Shown: piece by piece, positions 47,130 to 60,936 of the stretch
How the letters are laid out: each line of letters opens with the position of its first letter
How positions within the stretch are numbered: the stretch's first letter is position 1
Source: Heterodontus francisci
Taxonomy: Eukaryota
Assembly (NCBI RefSeq): GCF_036365525.1
Contig: NC_090387.1
Location: forward strand, 76,445,300 to 76,509,299
Direction: 5' to 3'
Length of the DNA: 64,000 nt
Notes under the pieces: model-generated
The model's database searches: none
What the model was told of the DNA's origin: nothing
What the model saw: only the letters and a program-made list of their open reading frames with translations
Position numbers and translations under genes: made by a program

Positions 47130-48160
47130 AAGTTGGAATTGATTGCAAATTATTGACCTGGTGAGCAAATTAGCTGAGCAGCAGAAGACAAAGGACAGGA
47201 ATAAAAAGTAGGTACTTTAATTGGCAGGCTGTGACTCGTGGTGTCCCACAAAGATCTCTGTTGGTGCCTCAACTATTCACTGTATTTATTAACGACTTAG
47301 ATGATCGGATAGAAAGCCACATATCCATACTTGCCCATGACACAAAATAGGCGGCATTGTAAACAGTGTAGATAAAGTATAAAATTACAAAGAGATTTAA
47401 TAAATTGCGAATGGGAAAAACTGTGGCAAATGGATTCCAATATAGGCAAATGTGATATCATCCACTTTGGAGCTAAAAGGATGGAACAGGATACTTTCTA
47501 AATAGTGAAAATTTAGAATCAGTGGAGGTGCAAGGAGATTTGGGGGCCCAGATACATAGATCACTAAAATTCAATGAACAGGTGCAGAAAATAATCAAAA
47601 AGGCCAATGGAATGCTGGTCTTATATATCTGGAGGACTGGAATACAAGGGGGCAGAAGTCATGCTTCACTATACAAAGCCCAGGTTAGACCATACCTGTG
47701 TGCCGTTCGAGGCACCACACCTTCGGAAGGACATACTGCCCTTGGAGGGAGTGTTATATAGAACATACCTTTACTCCAAACATTAAATTACAAAGAGTGA
47801 TTACACAAACTTAGATTGTATTCCCTTGAGTTTAGAAGGTTAAAGGGTGATTTGATCAAAGTTTTCAAAATATTAACGAGAACAGATAGGGGAGAAACTA
47901 TTCCTGCTGGTTGGGGAATCTAAATCTAGGGGGCAAAGTCCAAAAATTAGAACCAGAACTTTCAGGAGTGAAATTAGGAAACACTTCAACACACAAAGGG
48001 TAGTACAAATTTGGAACTCTCTTCTGCAAATGGCAATAGATGATAGATCAGTTATAAAATTTAAATCTCAGATTGATAGACTTTTGTTAGCCAGAGGTAT
48101 TAAGGGATATGGGGCAAAGGCGGGTATACGGAGCTAGGTGGCTGATCATCCATGATGTCA
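47130..48160 (+). mobile_element. CR1 LINE 3' fragment, heavily decayed
   Basis: GVPQ, INDLD, QGDLGAQIHRSLK remnants. Confidence 0.8.
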
Positions 48161-48164
48161 CACC

Positions 48165-48545
48165 TCACTCGGGACTGGAGTATACAAATCTTGGCTGACA
48201 ATCCATGTCGTACTGAAGGCTGCAGCACTGTTGAAGGTGCCTTCTTTCTGATGAGACATTAAACGGAGGCCCTTCTGCTCTCTCAGGTGGATGTAACAGG
48301 TCCCGTGGCGCTATTGTGAAGAAGAGCAGAGAAATTATCCCTGGGTGTCCTGGCCAATATTCATCCCACAAAACAGATTGCCTAATCATTATCACATTGC
48401 AGTTTGTGGGATCTTACTGTGCGCGCAAGTTGGCTTCCGCCTTTCCTGCATTACAAAGGTGACTACACTTTCGATGTACTTCATTGGCTGTAAAGCGCTT
48501 TAGGAACTCCCGTGGTCGGGAAAGACGCTAAATAAATATAATTTT
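48165..48545 (+). mobile_element. Deu-SINE (SacSINE1/AmnSINE-like), 5' truncated
   Basis: Deu-domain-like GGTGCCTTCTTTCTGATGAGACATTAAACGGAGGCCC and L2-type tail TGTAAAGCGCTTT...GCTAAATAAAT. Confidence 0.75.
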
Positions 48546-48970
48546 TCTACAAAATTGTTTGGAAACAATAATTGGTCCGATAACCAGGCGGCTGCATGTT
48601 TACTCCCGTTTAATAACTGGGGGAAATTTCCCCTGGTTGCTATTTATAGTGAAATCTTAAATGGCTTCTTTTAAAACACTTCCACTATTTTCCTAGAACA
48701 TGAAAATCCTCCAAATTTCTTCGCAACGTTGCTAACCCATAGAGACCAGAGGAGATCAGAGTCGTTTGTGAGGAGATATAAACTTTGGACCAGCTAATGT
48801 GTCGAGATAATATCCGATTACTTTCAATGTGTAAATTGTGAGCAAATGTCCACCTTCAAAGAACCTTCATTTTCATCTCCTATCGGTTAACGCGACGTTA
48901 TTTACTGACTTACAACAACGATTTGTTCTGTCAAGCGGCGATGCACTCTGGTAATAAACGCATTTCTTAC

Positions 48971-49085
48971 CTTTGACAGTACCTTCACTTAAAATAATTC
49001 CCAACGATGACTATCAGCACCATTATTATCAATATACCCACCAACTGCCGAGACACCAAAAAGAGGGTAGCGACATTAGCAGCAC
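48971..49085 (-). pseudogene. Decayed transmembrane exon of an Ig receptor paralog
   Basis: ...GILIIMVLIVIVGNYFK* followed by strong donor AG|gtaaga; acceptor damaged (gtcg); ~310 nt downstream of the C1 exon. Confidence 0.6.
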
Positions 49086-49394
49086 CGACAAACACAGAGT
49101 AACGGAGATATAGTACCGACGGGCGCTAATGTCAATTAAACCAACAAGAAAACCCAGGGATACACGGGAACAGAACTAATCGTGTAAAGGCCATTTAATA
49201 TAAATAAAGATCATGTTTAAAAAATATTCAAGTAAAATTCCAACAAATGGAACAATTCACAACCTGACCAATAAATCATCAATGTAATAAACGAATGCAA
49301 TAACAGCAAATGCTAACACGTGTTCACAAACTTGTGCTGGCATTAAGAAAAACGATAAATGAAAGAACGTTTCTGAAAAATGAATTGACCATAC

Positions 49395-49701
49395 CTTCAA
49401 AGTTGTAATTAACATTGGTTGGAGTCTGAAGAGAGACATGAGACACTTGGCAGCTGTATGTAACTCCACTGTGAGATGGCGCCGGATCATTTAAAGTGCT
49501 GGAAATCTCATAGAGTCCCACCCTGGTTTGCTGTTTAGTAGCATTGATCCCGATTCCCGGTTACAATTTTTATATTTTTCTTATACCAATTCACATTGAG
49601 ATCTTCAGGGTAAAATTTAGCTGTTTTACACAGGAGAATCGGAGAAGTGGATGGACAGAATTCAGACTCAACTAATTAGATCCTCAGAGGAGTGGGCGGA
49701 A
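49395..49701 (-). pseudogene. Ig C1-set exon, pseudogenised
   Basis: VPPTPLRI*...LLCKTAKFYPEDLNVNWYK...GLYEISSTL...YSCQVSHVSLQTP; cctcccaAG acceptor, G|gtatgg donor, phase 1 to 1; TAA at 49678-49676 and a 7-nt insertion near 49549-49555. Confidence 0.88.
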
Positions 49702-52700
49702 CTTGGGAGGAAAAGAAAATTATTTTATGTTTGAAACATTAATTAATGTTTTATTTCTGTAGTCTATAATTTAGAACACGAGTTTAGAAAGGGTCCCTCT
49801 AACACTATATTTCATTGGAACATTTTTAATGTCTTCTTTTCCAAATATTATTGAACGTGGAGCTAGAAATTACATGTGTTATGATCCTGTAGTTTTTCCT
49901 TTCTGGGAAGTATGTGGTGTGCCTTTAAGGCTGTAGCAGGATCAGTACTGCTTTAAGGTAGCAAGATCCAGAGACTGAGTCAAAGAATGCATTCTCGTTG
50001 CTGTAGGATACAGCCACTCAGGACCAAGGGCACGAGATACATAGATCCCAATTGACGTTTGAAATGAGCTGAAAAACTGGCTTTTGATGCAGACACAGAC
50101 AGCTGGAGCAGCATATACTGAAGGAAAGAGAGCTCTGTCTCTCAGTTTATTGAAATCATATTTATTATGCTCTCAGAATTCTGATGTCAAGCCCGATTAA
50201 TTTCTTAAAGTGAAATAATCAAATTCTTTTAACTACTGAACTACCATTGCTGAAATTCATCGCTGTAAAAGTGGAGCATCAATTCGACTGCTGAATTAGA
50301 CTATGGATTGTTCTACTGTAGAAGAACCTCACCTCCCCCCCCCACCCAGCCCCCCATCTGACGGCCATGAGGACTTAAAGCAACCTTGTACTGTTCCACA
50401 TTGGAAGATTTCACTTTGGCAGGAGCATAAATATGCAAAGACACATTTCTTTCTGTTTTAAATGTTGTTTATACCTAGCAGTGTTTAAGAATTTAGTGTT
50501 TCTAATTAAACATTGTTCAATTTGTTGTTCTAATGACATCTAGTTTGGGTAGCCTCCTTCTGGTGTTAATAGAGGGTACAATTTGTCTCGCTCTTTCTTT
50601 AATTTAGAAAGTTTAAAAATGATATGTTAGACGATCTGTGGAGGGACGGGACTGAATCAACAGTGTGTTTGTCCTACCACAATCACAATCGTATATTTTG
50701 ATTGGGGGCTTTGACTTGAGATGCCAGACATAACATATTAATTGGGGCTCATCTGGGATCAGAATCAGACTATTTTGGAGGGCTCACATCTGGAATCATA
50801 TTAGCTACTCATCTCTGGGATATCAGATTTAAATTGGGGTCTCACATTTGGCATCATATTTAATTGCTCTTGCATCTGGGATCATAGAAATTGGAAACTC
50901 GATTGTTGGGATCTAGATCTAACACCAATTACGAAGAAATTTAAAGAACCAGTTCTCTTGTATAATAAGGTGCAGTCTACAGCATTGTAATAGCATTAGT
51001 AGTTGTAGCAGAGTTGTTGGGAAAGCAGAATATTTCTATGAGTGACTTGATAACTTTAACTAAGAACAAACTTAAAAGAATTGGCAGTGAAATTGGAGAT
51101 GGAATTGAAATCGGTGGCCAAAACAGCAGAGATAATTGACATAATAGCCGAATTAGCAGAAGACGATGATGATGAAGCTGAAGGGGAATACGCGTAACAG
51201 GAAAGGGAATACGAGAGACAAGAGGGTAGTAGGTCCGAGAGTGATGCAGTGGTATTGGCTAGGATTCAGTTATAAATAAGAAAACGTGTACTTCAAAGAG
51301 ACAGTGAAAGAGAAGAGAGGAAATTTATATCAAAAGAGATGAGACGAAGACAAAGGGATAGTCTTAAATCCTGGGAAAACTCTGGGCAGGAAGAAGCTGA
51401 ATTTAGCTCAGAACCCAGCGAGAAATTGTTCAGATTTATACAGGCAGTTCCTCAGATCGAGGAAAGGGACCTCGAGGCATTTTTCATATCTTTTGAAAAA
51501 ATAGCTAAATGGATGAAATGGCCGGGAAAAAATAAGCTGGACATTGCTTATGCAGGGCAGATTTTAAGGCAGAGCTCATGAAGCTTATGCCATGCTTCCT
51601 GAAGAAGCTTCCGCAGATTATGAGATGGGAAAAATGCTATTCTTGCTGGATATGAGTTAGTCCCTGAAGCTTACTGTCAGAAGTTTAAGAGCTTATGGGA
51701 ATTGGCTGGGCAGACATATTTAGCAGTTGAGACGGCGAAGCAAATTACTTTTGACCGTTGGATAAGGGCAATGAAGATATAAATCATCTATGAGAACCTT
51801 CGAGAACTGATTCTCTTAGAAGAGTTTAAAAACTCCATTCCTTCAGTAGTGAGAACTCACATAGATAACCTGAAAGTTTTAAAGCTAGGCAAGCAGCAGG
51901 AATTGCTGATGATTTTGTGCCCATGAATAAGCCAACCTATTTTGTCTGTCACTCCCATAAATCCGCGAAGGATAGAAAGTGAGAGAGTGAAAGGAAGGCA
52001 TGTAGCCAGGGACAAGAAGCAACAACTGGGAATGCTCCAGGATCACCTCCTCAGGCCAGAAATGAAGGTGCTGAGGGTAGAAGTAAGGTTTGCTAGCCAA
52101 AGTGTTATCATTGTAACAAAACGGGTCATCTTCATTCAGAGTGCTGTAAATTGCGAGGTAAACCCATAGGACTTGTTTGGGTACGCAAAGTTAGTGCAGA
52201 GAAAAAGACTCTGACTGAAAGTCCAGCAGACCAGGCTGTAGCTTTAACGACAGATGTGAAACCAGATACTAAAACTGACAGCAGTGTACAGGTTTAAGAA
52301 TAAAATACCTGAGAGTTATGATGACTTTTTGTTAAAGGGGAGAGTAACTTCGTATCATGTAAGTGAGGCAGGAAAACTTATCATTATACTCAGGGAAACA
52401 GGAGCAACCCAAACACTCTTGCTGGGGAAAGATATGGAATTTTCAGGGAGAGTATAGCCGTACCTTTGTATAAAGTACGCCTAGAGAGTGACTTAATATC
52501 TGGTATAGTTACTGTAGGTGTTGCTACAGTTTACCAGTGAAGGTAATTGATCTACTGCTAGGCTTTGGCTGGATCAAAAGTATCAGACTCTCCTATAGTT
52601 ACAGAAGAACCAAATAAAATTAGGAAAATGGAGCAATTACAGGAAAAAGTTTCAGGAATATCTCCTGCGTGTGTAGTCACCCGAGCTTTGGCTAAACAGG

Positions 52701-55700
52701 ATCCATTTTTGGAGGTAAAAGGGGCACCACAAATAGACAGCCAAGAGTCTTTTCCTCTGCACTAACTTTGCATACCCCAACAAGTCCTATGGGTTTAGCT
52801 CGCAATTTCCAGCACTCTGAAAGAAGATGACCCGTTTTGTTGCAAAGATAACACTTTGGCTAGCAAACCTCACTTCTACCCTCAGCACCTTCCTTTCTGA
52901 ACTGAGGAGGTGATCCTGGGGCATTCCCAGCTGTTGCTTCTTGTCGTCGGCTACTTGCCTTCCTTTCACTCTCTCACTTCCTATCCTGAAAGCTTATTTG
53001 GGGATTTAGATAATCCAAATGAGTTGTTTGACAGATCGTCTATCATTGCAGCACAGAAAGCTGGTCCAGAGATATACCGAAAAGCACAGACGGCTCTGTC
53101 AGAAGCTGAGGTGAAAGGATTTCTGGAAGGTTATTAAATGGCAAATGGGGTTTTGAGGTGGAAATGGAGACCGCCTCATAGACCTGCAGACGAAGATTGG
53201 ACAGTTGTTGAGCAGATAGTGATACAACTGAAATATCGACACGCATTATTAAGGTTAACACACAATATTCTTTTTGCAGGACATGGGGGAATTCGGAAGA
53301 CCAAATCATGCATAAGCTGACATTATTCCTGGCCAGGTCATACAAAGGATGTGAGAAAATTTTGTAGGATATGCCATACCTGTCAAACGGTGGGAAAACC
53401 ACAACCCACCATAAAATCAGAGGATGAAGTATTAGTGTTGTTACCATTACAGGGAGAACCATTAAAAGCACGGTTCGGTGGTCCATATAGGGTGATCAAA
53501 AGAGTGGGTAAGGCAGATTACTTCTGCTCGCTGGAAGAAGAACTGGTTGTGTCACATTAAAATGCTCAAACAATATTACCGCAGGGAGGAGGATAAGCTA
53601 ACACAGTTATGTCAGGTAATTAGGAATGTTGAGAAGGAAAAGGATAGTGAGGATGACGCAGAAGCAGGCCAAGGAAATTCTCAGATTGAACCTCCAACTA
53701 TCCTGGTAGTGAATACAGAACGGCTAGAAAAATTAAACAATAGCCTTTTACACTTACAGGCAAAACAGCGTGAAGTCCTAACCAGGCTATTCGCAACGTT
53801 TCAAAAAATTTTGCAGGGATAAGCCAATATATACAATCTGGGCTATACTTGATGTGGCTATAGAGGAACTCTTCCTTTAAAACAACATCCTTGTCGCTTA
53901 GCTCCAGACAGACAGGCCAAAGTGGACGCAGACAGACAATGCATGCTGAAGGGGAGTTTCGTTAAACCTAGTCAGGACAGCTGGAATTAGCAGATAGTCT
54001 TGATGTCTAAACCTGGTGGGTCAGCTCAAACTTGCATGGAATCTACAAACGTCACTGTGGTAAAAAAGGCAGACTCCTACCCAAATTCTTATTTCAGGGA
54101 CTGTATGTACAGAGTGGGCAACACTATGTGTCTTAAAGAGACAGATGTGTTGAAAGATGCTGTCAAATTCCTTTGACACCCCTGGGTAAGAAAAAGTAAG
54201 CTTCTGTTTACACCGGACATGGTTGTCCAGTGTCACGTGATGCCACACAGGTTAAAGGGTCCTCGATAAACTTCTCAGAGAATAGTGAACCCAGTCGTGA
54301 TCTGTGCTCCCAGCTGTGCAGTTCACCTGGCTGAGGAGATGGACAATTGGGATACGTGACAGGAAAAGACAAAGCAACTGGAAGACAATGCTTGGAAATT
54401 TGAAATGGGCTAACTGGGACAACATTTTGAAAATGTAATTACGAAAATGACCTGATGGAACTTGTTGCTGTAATCTAATCATTTTAGAAGACTATATATC
54501 TGTAAAGTTTTTACACAATGTAATGAAATGCATTGCAGGAATGGCGTTTTATTCTTCCTGGGGCAGGGGTGTTATGATCCTGTAGCTTTTTTTTCTTTTC
54601 TGGGAAGTATGTGGTGTGACTTTCAGGCTGTAACAGGATCAATACTGCTTTAAGGCAGCAAGCTCCAGAGACTGCTTCGACAGACTGATTACCAGAGATC
54701 TCTGTTTTTGTTTGATATTTTGAGAGATAATAATTAAACAGACAAAAATCCTGTTTCCTTCAGTTTAAATGGTTGAGACCTCAGTTTCAGTGCTGACACC
54801 ACAGCTGTCTGTGTCTTCTCTGTGTGTTCAAACTGTCTTACTAACTGCCAGTTCAAAGTGAATTGTAACAAATGTATCGCATCAGGCTCTCTCCCAGTGG
54901 CTGTTTCCATGTTATCGAGAATGCACCCTTTGAATCGCAGTCTCCAAATGGCTGTTTCTAAGGAAACGAAAATGCACCTTCCTATAACTCCTAAGGCTTG
55001 CCAAGTCTTAAAGAAATACTGATCCCTTGCAAGCCTTAAAGGCGAACTGCATATTGCGGGGGGGAAAACCTACAGGACCATGACACCTCTGCCCCTAATG
55101 GAATGAAATACCATTCTTGAAATGCGTTTCATTACAATGGGTAAAGAAAAACATATTGAAGAAACGCTAATACTTTCCTTTCCACGCATTTACAGATATA
55201 CACATTTCTAAAAATAAAATGTTTAGACTACAGCGACAAGTTCCACCAGAACATTTCGGCTTTAAATTTTCAAAAAGGTTGTTCCAAATAACTCAATTCA
55301 AATTTACATGCATAGCCTTCCAACTGTTTCGTGTTTTCCTTCTAGGTCTCCCTAATGCCCATCAGTTCAGCCAGGTGAGCTGCACAGCTAGGAGCACTGA
55401 CCACTACTGGGTTCATTATTCTCTGAGAGGTTTCTCGAGTACCCCTTAACATGTGTGGCCTCACTTGATAATTGAAAAACCTGTAAAAGAATCTGTTTTT
55501 TTCTTACCTTGGTGTGTCAAAGGAATTTGACAGTATCCTTCCAACACATTTGTCTCTTTAAGACATATTGTGTTGTCCACTCTGTCCTTACAGTCCTTTA
55601 AATGACAATTTGGGTAGGAGTTTGCCTTCTTTACCACAGTGACTTTTCTAGAGTCTAGGCAAGTTTGAGCCAACCCACCAGGTTTAGTCATCAAGACCAT

Positions 55701-57541
55701 CTGCGAATTCCAACTGTCCTGACTAGATTTATCAAAGCTGCCCATCAACATGCATTGTACCTCTGCTTCCACTTGGGCCTGTCTGTCTGGACCTAAGCAA
55801 CAAGGATGTCATTTTAAATGAATGGTTCCCCTATACCCACATCATGTGTGGCTAAGGTTGTACATCCTGGCTTATCCTGGCTGACTTTTTGAAACATTGT
55901 GAAAACCCTGGTTAGGACTTCACGCTGTTTTGCCTGTAAAAGGCTATTGATTAATTTTCCTAACCATTCTGAATTCGCTATTGGGTTAGTTAAAGGTTCA
56001 ATCTGAGAATTTCCTAGGCTTACATCTGCCTCATCCTCACTATCCATTTCCTTCTCCACAGTCCTGATTACCTGACATACCTGTACTGCATATCCTCCTC
56101 CCTGTGGTAATATGGTTTGAGCATATTAATGTGACACAACCGGTTCTTCATCCATCAATCAGGGGCGTCAATTAAGTAATCTACCTTACCGACTCTTTTG
56201 ATCACTCTATGTGGGCCACTGAACCGTGCTTTTAATAGTTTTCCCTGTGATGGTAACAACACTAATACCTCATCCCCTGGTTTCATGGTAGGTTGTGGTT
56301 TTCCCACCGTTTGACAGGTGCGGCATGCCCTACAAAATTGTCTCACATCTTTGTAAGACCCGGTCAGTAATAATGCTTGCTTATGTGTGATGTGGTCTTC
56401 CAAATTCTCCTATGCCCTGAAAAAGGAATGTCATGTGCTAACCTTAATAATCCTTGGCGATATTTAGGTGGTACCACTATCTGTTCAACCACTGTCCAGT
56501 CTTCATCAGCTGGTCTATGAGGCAGTCTTCACTTCCTCCTCAAAACTCTGTTTACTATATAATAGCCTTCCAGAACTCCTTTCACCTCAGATTCTGACAG
56601 AGTCGTCTGTGCTATTTGGTAGATCTCTGGATCAGCTTGCTGTGTTGCAATGATAGACGATCTGTTAAACATCTCATTTGGATTATCTAAATACCCAAAT
56701 AAGGTTTCAGATGCCTGATTATCTATTTCTGGTGCCCCTTTTACCTCCGACAATGGATTCTGTTTAGCCATTGCTCTGTTAACTACACACCCAGGAAATA
56801 TTCTCGGAACTTGCTCCTGTAATTGTTCCATTTCCTTAATTTCACATGGTTCCATTGTAACCATAGGAGAAACTGATATTTTTGATCCTGCCAAATCATT
56901 TCCTGGGAGTAGATCAATTCCCTTCACTGGTAAACTGTGGACAACACCTACAGTTACTACAGTTACTACCACAGTTATTAAGTCACTCCCTAGGCGTACT
57001 TTATACAAAGGTATGGGTATACACACCCCGCCAATTCCATTTACTGAAACCGTGGCATTCAAGGCACACCCTGATGGAAACCTCATATCTTTCCCCAGCA
57101 AGAGTGTTTGGGTCGCTTCTGTATCCCTGAGTATAATGATAGGTTTTCCTGCCTCACTTACAGGATACGGATTTACTGTCCCCTTTAACAAAAAAATCAT
57201 TATAACTCTCAGGTATTTTATTCTTAACCTCTACACTCCTCATAGTTTTAGTATCTGGTTTCACATTCGCAGCTGTCGTTAAAGCTATAGCCTGGTCTGC
57301 TATACCCTCAGTCAGAATCTATTCCTGTGCACTAACTTTGTGTACCCGAACAAATCCTATTGCTTTACCTCGTAATTTCCAGTATTCTGAACGAAGATGA
57401 CCCGTTTTGTTGCAATAATAACACTTTGGCTTGTGAACCTCACTTTTACTCTCAGCACCTTCCTTTCTGACCTGATGAAGTGATCCTGGGGCATTCCCAG
57501 CTGTTCGTTCTTGTCCCCAGCTACTTGCCTTCCTTTCACTC

Positions 57542-58756
57542 GTCCGTATTTAGCGTGGAGAAGGTCATGGAAGCTAGTGAGTTCAAGGGAGGGAACAGCG
57601 ATATTCTGGAGCATATCAACATTACAAAGGAGGAGGTGTTGGAGCTTTTGAAGCGCATTAAGGTGGATAAATCCTCAAGGCCTGACCAGGTGTATCCTAG
57701 GATGCTATGGGAATCAAAGGAGGAGATTGCTGGGGCCCTGGCAGAGATTTTTGTATCATCGTTAGCCACAGGTGAGGTACCGGAAGACTGGAGGATAGCT
57801 AATGTTGTGTCTTTATTTAAGAAGGGCAGCAAGGATGAGCCAGGGAACTACAGGCTGGTGAGCCTTACATCAGTGGTGGGAAAGTTATTGGAAGGGATTC
57901 TGAGAGACAGGATTTATATGCATATGGGAAGGCATGGTCTGATTAGGGATTGTCAGTATGGCTTTGTGTGTGGAAAATCATGTCTCACGAATTTGATTGG
58001 GTATTGTCGAGGAGGTGACCAAAAGGATTGACAAGGGCAGGCCAATGGATATTGTCTACATGGACTTTAGCAAGGCCTTTGACAAGGTCCCGCATGGTAG
58101 GCTGGTCCAGAAGGTTAGAACACATGGGATCCAGGGTGAGCTAGAAAATTGGATACAAAATTGTCTTGGTGATTGGAGGCAGAGGGTGGTAATGGAGGGT
58201 TGCTTTTCAGATTGGAGGCCAGTGACCAGTGGTGTGCCGCAGGGATCGGTGCTGGGCCCTCTGTTGTTTGTCATATATATTAATGACTTGGATGTGACTG
58301 TAGGAGGCATGATTAGCACGTTTGCAGATGACACCAAAATTGGTGGTATAGTGGACAGTGAAGAAGGTTGTCTAAGGTTACAACAGGATATAGATCAACT
58401 GGGAAAGTGGGCAAGGGATTGGCAAATGGAATTTCACGCAGACAACTGTGAAGTTATGCATTTTGGGAAGTTTAACCAGGGCAGGACATATACAGTGAAT
58501 GGCAGGGCCCTGGGGAGTGTTGTTGAGCAGAGAGACCTTGGGGTGCAAGTACATAGTTCCCTAAAAGTGGCAACACAGGTAGACAGGGTGGTGAAGGAGG
58601 CATATGGCATGCTTGCCTTCATCAGCCGAGGCATTGAGTGCAAGAGTTGGGACATCATGTTACAGTTGTACATAACATTGGTTAGGCCGCATTTGGAGTA
58701 TTGTGTACAGTTCTGGTCGCTGCTCTACAGGAAAGATGTGATTAAGCTAGTGAGGG
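57542..58756 (+). mobile_element. Internal CR1 ORF2 fragment inside gag of Gypsy element 3
   Basis: VPEDWRIANV, KAFDKVPH, GVPQGSVLGP, FADDTK; no 3' tail. Confidence 0.9.
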
Positions 58757-60936
58757 TTCCACTTTCTATCCTTCTCGGGTTTATGGGGGTGACAGACAAA
58801 ATAGGTTGGCTTATTCACAAGCTCAAAATAATCAGCAATCTCTGCTGCTTGCCTAACTTTCAAAACTTTCAGATTATCTATATGATTTCTCACTACTGAT
58901 GGAATGGAATTTTTAAACTCTTCTAAGAGAAGTAATTCTCGAAGGTTTCTGTCTTTAATGCCCGTATCCAATGGTCAAAATTCATTTGCTTCACCCTCTC
59001 AAATTCTAAATATGTCCGCCCAGTCAATCTCTGTAAGTTCCTAAACTTCTGATGGTAAGCTTCAGGGACTAACTCATACGCAGAGAGAATAGCCTTTTTT
59101 GCCATCTCATAATCTTCAGAAGCCTCTTCAGAAAGCATGGCATAAGCTTCATGAGCTCTGCCGACTAACCTGCCCTGCATGAGCAATGTGCAGCTTTCTT
59201 TTGGCCATTTCATCTGTTTGGTTATTTTTTCAAAAGATATAAAATGCCTATACGTCCCTATCCTCGAACTTAGGAAGAGCCTGTATAAATTTAACCAACA
59301 TCTCGTTGGATCTTGATCTAAATTCAGATTCTTCCTGATCCGAATTTTCTCTGGATTTAGGACTACCCCTTTGTCTTAGTTCCATCCCTTTTAATTCAAA
59401 TTCCGTCTCTTCTCTTTCACTTTCTCTCCGAAATGTTCTCTCTTTCTCTCTTTCCTCTTTTTCCAATTCAAGTTTTCTTAATTCTTTTTCTGCCTCAAGT
59501 TTTTTGTTTCTTTTTCCTGCTAATGCTCCAGTTTTTTTCATTTCTAACTGAATCCTAGCCAATTCCACTGCTTCAGTCTCAGAACTATTACCTTCATGTC
59601 TCTTGTATTCGCTTTCTTGTTTCTCGTATCACCCTTCATCTGTATTATACTCCTCATCATCTTCTTCTACCAATTCCAGATGTCCAGCTATTATGTCAAT
59701 TATCTCTGCTTTTTGGGCAATTTCGCTGCCAATTCTTTTAATGTGTTCTTAGTTAAAGTTATCAAGTCACTCAGGGAAACATTCTGCTTTTCCAGAAACT
59801 CTGCTACAACCACTCATGCCATAACAATGGTATAGACTGTACCTTATTATACAAGAGACCCGTTTCTTTTAATCTCTTTGTAATTGGTGTCAGATTTAGA
59901 TCCAAACAATCAAATTTCCAATTGATAAGATCCCTGATTCGAGAACAATTAATCTGATGCCAAACGCAAGACCCCAATTTAAATATATTATCCCAGAGAC
60001 GAGGAATTAATATGATTCCAAATCTGAGCCCTCCAAATTAATCTGATTCTGATCCCAGATGCAAGCCACCACATTAAGTATGATTGAACTGCGAGCGAGC
60101 CCCCAATTAAGATACAATTCAAATCCAGAAACCCAATTATTATGTGATTCAAATCTTGAGTGAGCCCCCAATTAATATGTCATGACCGAACACTCCTGTC
60201 AAAGCCCCCAATCAAAATATACAATTCTGATTGTGGTGGGACCAGCGCACTATTCATTCAATCCCGTCGTTCCACAGATTGGCTAACATATCATATGAAA
60301 CTTTCCAACTTAAAGAAAGACCCAGCCAAATTGTACCATCTATTAAACCCCGAAAGAGGCTAACCAAACCAGGTGTCTTTAAATCAATAAATTAACTCTT
60401 TAATTAGAAGAATTAAATTCTTAAACACTATGAACATATAAACAACATTTAAAATATAACAAAAAGTTAGAACCTTTGCAGATTTACAGTCCAATGTTGC
60501 TCGAAGCCTTCACAGGATGTAGCTCGAAGTCCTCACAGGATGTTTTTTGTTGAAGCCCTCACAGAATGTTTCTTTCCTTCTCCAGCGAATTTCAATAATT
60601 AACGACTTGCAAACTCTTTCAATGGAATCAATCTGACTTTAGAGTTTTTTTAAAGGGATAAAAGATTGTCATAGTCTAACTTCCCTTTCTTCAATTTAAA
60701 TTACCTGAGATCTCTGTCTTTGCTTGATGTTTTTAGAATTTTGAGAGATAATAATTAAACAGACAAAAATCCTATTTCCTTCAGTTTAAATGGTTGAGAG
60801 CTCTTTTTCAGTGCAGACACCACAGCTGTCTGTGTCTTCTCTGTGTGTTCAAACTGTCTTACTAACTGCCAGTTCAAACTGAATTGTAACAAATTTATCG
60901 CAAAAGGCACACTCCCAGTGGCTGTTTCCATGTTAG

